DNA of 64,000 bases, from NCBI GenBank assembly GCA_002269645.1, contig NIVC01003547.1, forward strand, positions 27,985 to 91,984. The letters run 5' to 3'. Made by a program: the position numbers and the translations under genes. Positions 1 to 16,799 of the stretch are shown piece after piece. The notes under the pieces were generated by a model, which saw only the letters and a program-made list of their open reading frames with translations, was not told where the DNA came from and made no database searches. The stretch comes from Macrostomum lignano (taxonomy: Eukaryota). How positions within the stretch are numbered: position 1 is the stretch's first letter; each line of letters opens with the position of its first letter.

Positions 1-1870
1 ATTAAACACATGTTGTTTTACGAGTATTTAAGCATCTGCACGGGCTTAAGGTTCGAAGCAGAAAGCATTGTAGTTGGAAGTTTATTATAATTCTTGTTAG
101 TTAAAGTTTCTTGGCTAAATTGAAGATTTTTCTGTCTAGCAAATATCTTTCTGCCAGTTAATTCTGCTTTGCTGGGAGGCTTTCCCGGATATGCAACTTA
201 CACCCAGACAGGGCAGCGGCATCCGCAAGCGGTACCCCCCCCCCCCCCTGGCGCGATGCCAATAGCAAATGCAAGGTGAGGATTCTGCCTCTTTATTTGG
301 CTCTCCTACCTAATCCATTGGCATTGCGCCAGAAAATTTGGTGATGCCACCGCCCGAACATGCGACGTAAAGATAAATTGTTTGCACGTCGCATTCGCAA
401 AATGTATTCAACGGGTAACAATACAAATCCTAGATCAGATCAATGTCATAACACATACAACTTGAAGATTTCATCAAAATGCGACAGGGCAATTCAGTTT
501 TCAAATTTAAAGTCGATCACAAGCAAGAAAAATTGGAGAATATGTAGTAACTTTTTTTAGTAAGAGCATCATTATTACGCTAGTATGTATATTATTTAGC
601 TAAACAAATTATTTTATTCCGAGGCCAGCTCCGAAACATTAATTGAGTTAATTTATGAGACGAGTCAAAATGTTTTTATGAAAAGTATGCTTTCGCTATT
701 CTGAAAATAATATTTTCCTTTTTTTCTACGACTTTTTTAAAAAAACTTAAATTTGTTGCAATGTTATTCCAACTTACCTGGCTTCTAGAAGTTTCCTTTT
801 CCCCTTCGCGCATTCTAGCTCGTACGAGTAAAATTTCCAAATTAAGTATAAGATATTTCCCCATTTTTCCGCGAATTTTTATAGCAAAATATTTCTACGT
901 TTAAACTTTACATAACTTTACTTTAATTATTAGCCATATTATTATTTAACGCATTTACCCTTATTAATTACAGTACGTATTATAATAACCGTATCTTTGT
1001 TATAATCTAAAGAAAGTTCCAGAACACCGTTAATTTTCTAAAAACCAAGAAAACCCAGCTAATAATCAAGTTTTTCCGAAATCTCGATTATCAATAACGA
1101 AACAAAATAAAGAACCATCGCCTTTACGCCTCATTACTTTAATATTGCTACAAATTAAAAACATTTTAAGGACAATTTTTGTGCAACAATACGGGTAGAA
1201 AATGGTGAAAAGATATATCATCGAAATAAGAAGATAATTATCGCATAGTTCTTGCCTGTTTTTGATACTTTAAATTACAAAAATGTTCATTTTCACAAAT
1301 AATTCAACGTTTTCGTCGCTGCTCATGCCGCAGCAGTAATATTTGAGTGCCAGCGACATTGGAGTGCCAGTGACATCTGACTGTCAGATTTAAGTTTTGG
1401 TTAGGGATTTGGTTAGGGTCTTCAGTCCAGTTCAGGTGGTCAAATTGATGACAGTCAAATGCCAGAAACCCAAAATTGTCATCAGGAATAATTTGCCTGA
1501 TTATAGTTAACAGAATTGCATGTACTGACTAAACAGTGCTGACGACCCAGTCATTGTAAAATATAAGTTAAAAAATCTCAGGTATTTACTATTTAGACAC
1601 CTGAGAACTCGTCACCCAAGGCCGAGGTTACGACAATATTTACCGATGGCTATCGATATTTACCGATAATATTTACCGATCGATTATATTTTGAGTAGGC
1701 ACACAGAAAAATAAAAGAACCCTGCCAATACGAGTACCTAAACCCAGAGTTTACCCTCAGTTCTTGACGAAGATCCGATAAGCAAGTGACTGCGGACTTT
1801 GCAAACTTTTTATTTAGTGCGAATCTCGTATCTAGCTGCTGCGCACTAATCAATAGGTCTATTTTCGTTT

Positions 1871-2619
1871 CTATCTGCATGGTCTCAGGGCCGAAGCTTC
1901 CATTGGCTGTTCTTGGTTGGCTTCGGCGTCTTTCAACGATCCAAGACCGCGTCGACGGCTGCTAAAAACCAGCATCACGATGACGGCAAAGAGCTGGGCA
2001 AGCAGCATTGCCGTCACCACCAGACAGATGAGCCAGCCGAAGCCAAGTCCGGTTTCGCTATTCATAGTCCGCGCCGAGCTCGCGCCCACCATGGGCACGT
2101 AGTCCGGCTCGTCGCAGACGTCTCCGGTCCAGCCCGAGGGGCACTGGCAGAAGACTCTCACTTTTGTCAGCGCCTGGCCGATTATGCAAAATTGTTGCGA
2201 GTGAAATTGATCAATTGGTGATGGAGTAATCAGATAAATAGCACTAATTAAGGAGGTAAACGCATCTGACTCTCTTGACTTGGGTCTTTGAGCTCGAATA
2301 ATTTGGCTGGTGGGTTTTTGTTCGATTCACACCCATCAGTGACAACCCCCAAGGCACAGAGGGTGTACATGCCTGACGATTAGAGAGTCAGGGCCGCTGT
2401 ACACCCTGTGTGAGCGTGTGTATGGGTGCGTGCCTGCGTACAGAAATGGCGCGCTTGTATGTTCTCAGGAGTCAGCGGAATGGGCTGTTTGCGGGACGAT
2501 GCTACCAAGGTAACTTTCACCTGACAGAAACCGCCCTCCAGACAGACGCTGCCGTACATGTCCCGGAGGATTTGCAGTTGGCTTTCGGTGCAATTCTTCA
2601 GCAGCGTAAATGAACTCAT
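1871..2619 (-). CDS. Small single-EGF, single-TM membrane protein, paralog A (133 aa; exons 2619-2521 and 2173-1871)
   Basis: Exon 1 MSSFTLLKNCTESQLQILRDMYGSVCLEGGFCQ ends at a phase-0 CAG|gtgaaa donor. Acceptor ggccag|GCG starts ALTKVRVFCQCPSGWTGDVCDEPDYVPM. The join gives a 6-Cys EGF module, then a hydrophobic TM (WLICLVVTAMLLAQLFAVIVMLVF), SSRRR and a short tail. Two paralogs have the same structure. Confidence 0.85.
2340..2480 (+). mobile_element. Partial SINE body in the intron of EGF paralog A
   Basis: Matches the dispersed ACAACCCCCAAGGC...GTGTACATGCCT...AGGGCCGCTGTACA...GGAATGGGC segment also seen at 15120-15240, 23560-23780, 40050-40200 and 48864-49223. Confidence 0.7.
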
Positions 2620-3326
2620 GACTTGCGCTTGTTAGCTTTCACTTGTTAGTCCATCAACAGGTGGCGACACGAAGTTTAAGTAATGCTCTCGCTTTTAGCA
2701 GGATGGAGGATTGCATGACAGAGTGACATATTTGCCAGTGAAACTTTCCCGCCCCAATTGAAGTAACAGAGTTGACACTGTGCTAATTAAGCGTGGGCGA
2801 GGGCTAGACAGACAGATTTTCCACAAAGTAAAAGCCGCCAGTCCGCGTTCTTCGCCCTACCCCCGGTGCGAATGCCCACGCAACTATATGCGAATGATTA
2901 GAGATATGCTTGTCAGTAATTTACTTTACAAGCTGTGTTGTACAAAGTAGCCCAAAAAAACTCGAATAAGGTTGCTTGTTGTTAAACGGGGGTGGGAGGA
3001 GAAGCGCTGCCCGCGGATCAGCCCTAGGGGGCTCTGCCGCATGGATCTAGCTGTGGGCCATACTACCAGGGGGCTTTAAGCCCGAGAGGCCACTATTGGA
3101 ACCAGAGCTCAGGACTCTGGGGAGAGCATGGAGCATTGGAGCTACTAACCCAAGCCTATGGACTAAAGACACCGCCAACCCAAAAGTGGAATCAGGCACG
3201 GTGCTAGGACAGAGTCCACTCAGGCCACCACCCAGCAGATAAAAGAATTGGAATGAAAAATGCTTGGGTTACTACTGATAAGCGGTCCGAGAGCGGGGAG
3301 ACCCTGAAGTCTCGGAAATGGCTTAA

Positions 3327-3652
3327 TATTGGAGTGAGTCTGGAAGGCTTGTATCCGAGGGCGAGACTCCTATCAGGCAGTGACCATGATACCTATAGGG
3401 CTGCAAGCCACAAGGGTGTCACCTAATCAGCTCTATATTGGAATGAGTCTGGAAGGCTCCGAGGGCGAGTCTCCTATCAGGCAGTGACCATGATACCTTA
3501 TAGGGCTGCAAGCCACAAGGGTGTCACCTAACCAGCTCTATATTGGAATGAGTCTGGAAGGCTCCGAGGGCGAGTCTCCTATCAGGCAGTGACCATGATA
3601 CCTATAGGGCTGCAAGCCACAAGGGTGTCACCTATACCAGCTCTATATTGGA
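3327..3652. repeat. Tandem repeat, about 105-bp unit, 3 copies
   Basis: Anchor TATTGGA(G/A)TGAGTCTGGAAGGCT recurs at 3327, 3436 and 3541, with a partial copy at 3646. Confidence 0.85.
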
Positions 3653-4145
3653 GGCCAGGCCAAGGGGGCGGAGAGGGGCACAAGGGGCAAGAGGAAACCG
3701 GACTCAGCCGGTTTTCCCCGATTCGGGACGAACATCTGCACATCAAAAAGGGTTTGGTGCTAATTTTTGTTTTCTTTCTCTCAACCGCGTCAGTACTTCA
3801 GCGTTTAGCGTTTGGAGTTCAGGGTCTCAACTCTGAAACGCAAAAGTACAAGTCACATTCGCATCACAATGGTGATTCAGGTTAAGTAATCGAAAAAGAA
3901 CTAACATCAGATGAGGATTTATGTGCGAGTAAGTGTCGCACTTTTGACTGGTAGCTCGAAATTGGAACTCTCCCTGTTGTGAGCGCGGAAACTAAGGGAC
4001 GAGATTCAGTGTGGACGTAATGGGTCTGCAGATTTTTTGCTCCTAGTTTATTTTTTTCAACTGCCATCTCGTCAACCAACTCGTCCACAAATGGAAAGGA
4101 ACCACTCGTTTGGTCACTTCATCAACCCAGTTAACAAAACGGCAG

Positions 4146-4345
4146 TGGTGGTGGTGGTGGTGGTGGTGGTGGTTCCCGGCCAGAGCTAGTCCGGGAGACG
4201 CGCCTCTGGAGGTACTCGAGCACGCGGCAGCCGTCTACGATGACGGACAGTGACGGGTTTGGTCCGAGGACCTCCGCCCGGATGTCTGCTTGTGTCGGGC
4301 ATTGGATTATGAGGTATTCGTTGACATTTTGACATGCAATCAACC
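4146..4345 (-). mobile_element. Possible 3' fragment of a 5'-truncated LINE with a (CCA)n tail
   Basis: Minus-strand translation YLIIQCPTQADIRAEVLGPNPSLSVIVDGCRVLEYLQR resembles the C-terminal end of I/R1-group ORF2 and is followed by an (ACC)n run. Confidence 0.4.
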
Positions 4346-5045
4346 AATCAACCATCTAACAATGCTCTCCTACTTTCGAAAAAAGTGTTCCATTCACCTT
4401 CAACAGCAATTTTTTAATGTTTAAAAAGATTGCGAAAATGAATTTGACGAGTTCTGATCGATTGCTTGAACGAATGAATATTTGGGTGAAATAAAAGTAA
4501 AGTAGAAATTAAAGTTAACTCAAGCAATGTCAATGTTTCAAAAAGATCAAAGAAAAACTGCATTCAATGAGTATTCACTTCACCATAAAATTCTGGTGGG
4601 GCACGGGCCCTCTCACTTCGACACAATTCAGGCTGTTCTGAATGCGCTTGAACATTAGCAGGGGCGCCGACTGGGGCGCCGTCAAATCTCAGGTCGTCCT
4701 CGTCAGAGTTGTGCGGTTGCGCCGCTGGCTGCAATTGAGGGGCTGCAGGCGATTAAAATGCACGACCCTTTGCTTTCGTGCATTGGCCTCGGGCTGAATG
4801 CGGTAGGTGACATCCGAGATCTGCTTTTTAACGCGCCAAGGCCCAGTCCAACATCGATGAAATTTGCGACTCTCGCCTCGCTTCAGCGCCTGATTGTGCT
4901 GCCAGACCAGATCGTCCTCCCTGAATGCCTCGCCGTGGCACCTCCAGTCTTACTTACTTACTTACTTACTACTGACGGGGGGCGCAGGCGCCGCGAATAG
5001 GCCGCGAGGCCCCTATCGCAACCCCAAGGTAAAAGAGCACAAGGA

Positions 5046-9773
<4,728 letters not shown>

Positions 9774-11276
9774 TTACGCTGCCTTCTGGCACAGTTGCGC
9801 TGCCTCCAAGTTTTGTCGCGCCGGCTCCGCAGCTCGGCCACTCATTCACAAGGACGGTGCGCATCCAGCGCCAAACCTCCGTATGCCAAGTCCAGTGGCA
9901 GCCGCAGTTCCCGGCCGAAGGTGTCTGACCAGTCGACATGTAGACTGAAGTGCGGTAGCCCATCAGTGCAATCTGCAGATAAAGATCCCAGTCTCGCTGA
10001 TTCTCGTTCACCCATGCTCGCAGCAGCTGCACCAGCGTCCGGTTCATCCGTTCGCAACCGCCTTCTCCTTCAGGGTGGTAGCCTGTCGTCCGAGTCTTGT
10101 CGATCTTCAGTACTCTCATCGTCTCTTGCACAGCTGCGACTCCGAGAGTTCCGACCCTGATCAGTGTGCACCGACTGTGGGACTCCAAAGCGAGCCACCA
10201 AATTTCATTGTCCGCCTCGGAAGAGCTGGCCAGCTCACCCGCAGCCTGGTCACGTCCCCTGCCCAAGTAGCGCATCGAGACCGAAGACTGCTAAAATCGC
10301 ATCGAGGCTCTCTAAGACTATTCCGCTGATGCTGTCCTTCAAAATTTTGAACACTTAGACTGCTGACAGCTTTTCGAGCCACGGTAGAGCTTGTGGCGAG
10401 CTTCACTGCTATCGCCTTCCAGAGGAAGCTTTACGACTTACGCCAACCTGTCTTTAATTCTCAGGGTGTTAAACCTTAGGCTTTATTGTTAGTATCGGTC
10501 CCGCAGTCTGAAGCACTGCTTGAGTAAGCCATGAATGCAGGCAATGGACAGAGCCATTCGACGACGTCTGTAACAGACGAGCTTGGAGCCTGTGCCCACG
10601 TCTGAGGTTCATAAATTTACAGTTTGTAGGGCACAAGGTATGAGACCGTAAGTCAAAGCCAATTTCGATTTTACTTGAATGCTATCATCAAGCTCCATAT
10701 TACTCAATGCAGTCGAGTTTAGTAAAGTAAAGGCAGTATGCAGAAAGAGAATCAAAATTCAGAGATACTCGAGTAAGTGCGAATATTTCGTGAAGAAGTT
10801 ACAGTAAGCCAGGGACCTCACTAGAAAAACAAAGTCGATGTTACTTTTAAAGTCGATGAATTGCTCTCAAAGAGCAAACACATGGGATATTAATAGGTCT
10901 TCTGAATTAGGAGAAATTCTAACTGGAAAACTTTTTTGCAGCACCCTAAACTGCAATACAGAAAAAAGTTTGCCCGTAGTAAAAGATAAACGGGCAAGAT
11001 AGCAGCACTTGCATAGCTGTGTACCGCAGTGAACTCAAACATGGAGGCCGCCTAAGTGAAATCAAGCAACTCGGGGCTTACATACTCGTAGAAAAGTCAC
11101 GGTAAAAAGAAACTTCAGTAAAATATGAGTTCCAAAGTCAAAAAAGAGCCAGAAGATAATATAAATACAAACTGTCAAATCAGTACAGAATCTTGCAAAA
11201 ATAACATCTAAAAGCGATGAGATAAATATTGTAGACTGCCATAGGATAGATCGATTGTACATTAATAAAAATTAGG

Positions 11277-12074
11277 TCAGGTGTCATTCTCCTCTACGGG
11301 CAGGACGGCGACACTCTCGGCTTTATCGGCCCTCTGAGGCTCGTGGCGTCGGCGACGGAGGTGACGATTGAGACTGCGCCGGTAAAGGACCACCCCGGCA
11401 ACTATGAACAGTACGATAGCTAGCAGGAAGGCCGCAACAAGGACTATTGAGAACAGGCCGCTCAGGCCGGCTCCGGAGCTGGCCATGGGTACGTAGTCCG
11501 GCTCGTCGCAGAGGTCACCCGTCCATCCGGTGGGGCACTGGCAGAAAAGTCGTCCCGGAGGAATCGACTTGAATAAAGATAGGGTTGGAATCGGTTATAA
11601 TGGTTGCTTTGGTTATCTAGTTGGCTTACAAATGACTGTAGCTAGCCCCTCAGCTAGCGAGGAGATGAGCAGAATGTCAATTCCACTGATTTGTTCACGG
11701 ATTCATTAGGGTGTGTAGCATAGTAGTACACTTTGATCCAGACTTTCAAATCTTCAGGTACTGCACATGTCTTTGTAACTCCTCGAGGGGTTGAACTGCC
11801 CGGAAATCTCCACGCCAATATTTGTGTGATAAACCCAAATTAAAGGTGGCCGAGCAAAAAAGTCAGATGCATTTACCATTGAGCTACTCTGCCTCCAGGG
11901 TCGTACTTGTACTCGTAGATTGCCTTCAACTCCCAGTTTACAGGGACCCTAAGGCAGCTGCGCAGTCCTTACCCGACAATGTCCGCCTTCCTGACACAAG
12001 CCGCCATACAGCTCGACGAGTATCGTCAGCTCCCGGTCTGTGCAGTTCGTGATCGGTGGCACCGTCATTCGCAT
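11277..12074 (-). CDS. Small single-EGF, single-TM membrane protein, paralog B (130 aa; exons 12074-11973 and 11567-11277)
   Basis: Exon 1 MRMTVPPITNCTDRELTILVELYGGLCQEGGHCR|gtaagg is phase 0. Acceptor ttattcaag|TCG starts SIPPGRLFCQCPTGWTGDLCDEPDYVPMASSGAG, then the TM (LFSIVLVAAFLLAIVLFIVAGVVLY) and RRSLNRHLRRRR. Cys spacing and intron position match paralogs A and C. Confidence 0.85.
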
Positions 12075-12435
12075 TGTTGGCACCGTTTCTTGTTTATTGA
12101 TTCTTTCTTGATTGAGCAGGGCTTAATTACCCGGTATTGTGGTTCATCAAGTTTATTGTCGTGTCAAGGGTATAGATGGAAGTAACTTGACGCGCGGAGG
12201 AGAGGCGCAAAATGACAGTTGTTTTAGTTGTAAATCTTAGAATAGAATAGGGCATAGAATGGACGGCAGGCTCAGGAGCGCTGCTTTAATACGTGTATGC
12301 GCTAATGCGGGGGTGGCTGAGCAGGTGGGTAATGAGTGAGAGAAGTACTGCAAGCTGGACACGCTATGTATTTACTGCTGGCTGTGAGCCGACGCACAAT
12401 CATAAGTTTCGGTTTTGATAGTTTTTCATTTGTAG

Positions 12436-12787
12436 CAAGGGGTCGGCAAAATGTTTCACCTCAAGGCCAGATGGAGAATCCAGCGTATGACTGCGGACCA
12501 GGTAGAGGAGAGAGGAAGTGGGAATACAGATAGGAGAAAGGAGAGGAGGCGACGGAATAAATGAGAAGAGAGAAGACAAGAGGAGAGGAGAGAGGAGAGA
12601 AAGGAGAAGAGTAGAGAGGAAGAGAATAGAGAAAGAGAGGAGAGAGGAGACAAGAAGAGAGGAGAGATGAGAGAAGGGAGCTTGAGCAGACTGGATTGCT
12701 ATTGTGAAGCTTCAGAGGATCCGAGGGCTGGATAAAGAGGCTTTGCTGGCTGCATGTGGCCCGCGGGCCGGATTTCACTGACCCCTG
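12436..12787. mobile_element. Non-autonomous hAT-type MITE with an internal GA-rich tract
   Basis: Ends CAAGGGGTCGGCAAAA and TTTCACTGACCCCTG. Flanks ATTTGTAG and ATTTTTAG match 7 of 8 as a TSD. Confidence 0.65.
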
Positions 12788-12856
12788 ATTTTTAGCATTG
12801 ATTTTATTGGCCACGGTACGCTCGTATTGCTACAGAGTCATAGAGATTTTTCATGC

Positions 12857-13352
12857 AGACACTCCCTGACACCACAGACACTCCCTGACACCACAGACAC
12901 TCCCTGACACCACAGACACTCCCTGACACCACAGACACTCCCTGACACCACAGAAACTCCCTGACACCACAGACACTCCCTGACACCACAGAAACTCCCT
13001 GGCACCACCGACACTCCCTGACACCACAGATACTCCCTGACACCACAGACACTCCCTGACACCACAGACACTCCCTGACACCACAGATACTCCCTGACAC
13101 CACAGACACTCCCTGACACTACAGACACTCCCTGACACCACAGACACTCCCTGACGCCACAGACACTCCCTGACACTACAGAAACTCCCTGACACCACAG
13201 ACACTCCCTGACACCACAGATACTCCCTGACACCACAGACACTCCCTGACACCACAGACACTCCCTGACACTAAAAACAGACACTCCCTGACACCACAGA
13301 CACTCCCTGACACCACAGACACTCCCTGACACAACAGATACTCCCTGACACC
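12857..13352. repeat. 19-bp minisatellite (ACTCCCTGACACCACAGAC)n, about 26 copies
   Basis: Read directly from the sequence. It explains the CLWCQGVSVVSGSVCGVRE 19-aa periodic ORFs. Confidence 0.95.
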
Positions 13353-14555
13353 ACATCGGGGCGCCCAAAATTAAGTTATTTTTGACTAAAGCTGCCGTGC
13401 GCTGATTGACGTCTGTGCGATGTAAGCTCCTCTTTTATGCATCACAATAGCATCGCCTGTTTAACTGCACAAGGGCAAAGCATTACTTGCTACCGGCTCA
13501 AGGGCTTTTCGAATCTGCCGGGACTAAAAATAGCATTTGAGTTACAGATCATCAAAATTGAGCAAGCACCCCCACCGTGTTTACACCTTTGGCTGAGGCT
13601 ATGAAAGTGGTCCCTTGGTTACGCATGGCGTGTATGAGCAGAATTAAGACACCGAGTAAGTAGTCTTAAGCATTCTAGCATATTAGGGCTATGCGGCATG
13701 CATTAAACGCGCATTGCAATAAGCTAATAACAAAAAATATTTAACTACTGGCAGTAGGGCATATAGAACATAGTCTGCTACAAAGCAAAAAAGTTATTTT
13801 TCTAATTAAGACGTCAGTTTCCACATGAACAGTTACAGTCTGAGGTGGGTTGACAAGGTTGTTAAGGTCAATTTTTTTATGCTGCTGGAAGCTTTGAAAT
13901 TTTAATTTGATAATTATTTCAGCCTGTTATCCACGTTGTCAGTTTGTTTTACCGCGTGTGTTTCTAAGAAATACCGTACTGTTTGAAATGTATTTTAATC
14001 GCCAGTCGCAAGTGCAGCAACGCCCAACCCACCAGTGAACCGAGCTTCTATCTTATTATCTACTTCTAACACCACCATGGACACAATTTACCATTGTATG
14101 ATTTTGGAGGGGTATTTTGGAGTCTACCGATAATATGAACAATTGATGCACGCCTTTTCGAATGTCAGCAGGCAGTAGTGTATGTCGATTGGCCGAATCC
14201 CGATTGCATGGCCTCTTGTCTGGAAAAACCTGCCTTCGCACGCAAAAAGTAGATGCATTCGATTCGCAGTTCCGTGCTGCCGAAACCAATTGCATAGAAA
14301 GGAATCCGCACACTTTGCAATGTTTTATTTTTCAAGAGTGCATAATTATATTCGTTGCAAGTTCGAGATATGCTAAGTCGAAAAAATATTGTTAAATGAA
14401 CGTCTGGTATCATGGCTCAATTTGTCGAAATGGGATGTTTGATTTGAAACACACATTGATCTGTTATTATCTTAAAGGGAATCCATAAATATCAACATAC
14501 ATCAATATATACATATATTGTATATCAATGCATCAGTAAAAAGCAAAGAAAAAGT

Positions 14556-15407
14556 TCAGGACTTCAACTGAGCGCCTTCAGCGCCGATAATGAGCTGATC
14601 GAATTGCAGATTGTGGCTGCCCGCATTCTCCAGGCTGCTGGTTGAGCTGGCTACCAGCAGTTCGATGTGCCGCCGGCGTCGCTTAGTTGCCATAGAAACA
14701 GCTACGAAGGAAGCCACTGCCAGCAGGGCCAGCAGCACAGCAGCAGCGGCCAGGATGAGCAGAACCGGCCAGCCGCTCGGGGTCGGTTGAGACAGGCTGG
14801 CGCCCACCATGGGCACGTAGTCGGGCTCGTCACAGACGTCCCCGGTCCAGCCCGACGGGCACTGGCAGAAGACTCTCACTTTTGTCAGAGCCTAAAGGCG
14901 ATTATGCAAGTGAAATTGGACAATTATATGATAGTTACCGTTAGCAGATAAAAAACACTAATTTTTGGTGCCGGAGCAGCTCAGAGGTAAAGGCATTTGC
15001 TAGCTGCCTCTCGTACCACGACCCCTGGTTCGATTCCGCGGTGCACACTCATCTTAATTTGAGGCTTTGAGTACGAAAAATTGGCCAGGGGTTTTGAGCG
15101 ATTCACAAGCATGAGGGCCAACCTCCAAAGGCACAGAGTGTACATGCCTGCATGACGATTAGAAAGGCAGGGCCGTGGTGCATCCTGTGTGAGCGTGTGT
15201 GCATGTATGACGTGTTCAGGAGTCAGCAGAAAGGGCCAGGGTTCTTACAACTCCCCTGCGAGTAATAATTATTAGATTATCACTAATTATTCAAGCTTTA
15301 ATTGTCACCTGACAGAAACCGCCCTCCAGACAGACGCTGCCGTACATGTCCCGGAGGATTTGCAGTTGGCTTTCGGTGCAATTCTTCAGCAACGGAAATG
15401 AACTCAT
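14556..15407 (-). CDS. Small single-EGF, single-TM membrane protein, paralog C (144 aa; exons 15407-15309 and 14891-14556)
   Basis: Exon 1 MSSFPLLKNCTESQLQILRDMYGSVCLEGGFCQ|gtgaca. Acceptor cctttag|GCT starts ALTKVRVFCQCPSGWTGDVCDEPDYVPMVGASLSQPTPSGW, then the TM (PVLLILAAAAVLLALLAVASFVAVSMA) and TKRRRR. Confidence 0.85.
14968..15250 (+). mobile_element. tRNA-derived SINE (divergent subfamily) in the intron of EGF paralog C
   Basis: A-box-like AGCTCAGAGG and B-box GGTTCGATTCC, followed by the shared SINE body. Confidence 0.7.
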
Positions 15408-15515
15408 GACTGTATTTGATATGGCTGTAATTCTTAGTCTATCGACAGGTAGCAGCACGAATTTTGGGTAATACTCTCGTTTTTAGCGGGATGGAGGATT
15501 GATTGCAGAGCGGTA

Positions 15516-15523
15516 TATTTATA
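15516..15523 (-). promoter_or_regulatory. TATA box of EGF paralog C
   Basis: TATAAATA on the minus strand, about 110 nt upstream of the ATG, with a pyrimidine-A initiator-like site about 31 nt downstream. The equivalent position in paralog A is degenerate (CAAATATG). Confidence 0.55.
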
Positions 15524-16799
15524 GCCAAGCAAGTGTGGCATTGCCCCTCCCCCAATTGAAGTAATAGTTGACATGCTATTAAGCGTGGGCGAGGGCTAGA
15601 CAGACAGGCCTGCCACAAAGTAAAAGATGGTCCGCGTTCTTCGCTCTACCCCCCAAAAACAAGCAAGAATGCGAATGCCCTCGAAACTGTATGCCAATGA
15701 TGAGAGATGATACGCTTGTCGGCAATTCATTTTACAAGGTTGTTACTTAGAGAAATTCCGTTTTTTGGTTGTTTGAAATAACGTCCAAAAAATAGGTGTG
15801 TTTTGCTTCAGGTTGTAAACACAATGAAATTAAAAAGTAGAACGGCGAGAATTTATGAGTAATGTGTCGCACTCTGGACTGTAGCTCGAAAAGGAACATT
15901 CGAACTCACGCTGTTGTCCTTTAGCGCAGAAACCTAAAAGACAAGATTTAGTCAAGGTCCTTGGATTCAGTGTAGACGTAATGGATCCTAGACAGATTTT
16001 TTCGGATCCTAGTCATTGCGTCGACTGCCATTTCGTCAACTCATCCACAAATGGAGGGGACACTCGCTTGGTCACTTTGTCAAACAGTCTATAATAAGAT
16101 AAGCACCGTCGGTCACTGTGTCAACTGCCACTAGGATAACCCCAAATCTTTGGCCACGTCGTCAACTGCCACTAGGGTAACCCAGAATCTTTGGCCACGT
16201 CATCAACTACCACTAGGGTAACCCTAAATCTTTGGTCACTTCGTCAACCCAGTTGATGAAACGGCAGTTAACGAAGTCACGGACTTCTTAAGGGCTTTTA
16301 TATGCTTATGTGCAAGTATTAGTTAGTTCGAAAGTGTTGTGGTGACTCTGAAAGTTTCAGGAGTCAAATGACAGAGTCAAATGAAGTCAAATGAAGAGTC
16401 AAGTGACATGACAGGAAGAATGAACAGTAGGCCGTGACCAGAGGACAAAGCATTGTGGTATTGAGAGATAATGTACACAGGGAGGGATATAGGGGATATC
16501 AAGAGATTGTGAGAGAAAGAATCTAGGACAGCGGATGAGGGGACAGCCAGCTCTCATTAAAAATGGGTTCGTACTCTTTTTGACCCAGCTTTCGTCTATG
16601 TACTGTAGATCTAACTCATTGACTTGATGCGAGGCTTTATCTCTTGAGTTCTATCGATCTCTCAGTTTCTCCAACCACTCTTGCTTCTCTCGATCCCAGT
16701 CTGTCACGAGATAGCATCTGTAGTGCTCACGCGAGCTCAATTTATATGTACATCGGCCTTGCCCTCAGGAAGCAGCCAGGTGGGTCAGCCCGCGAGCCG

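Noticed and set aside
1395-1420. GGTTAGGG telomere-like motifs
   Set aside because: Only two interrupted units; more likely part of a small repeat element.
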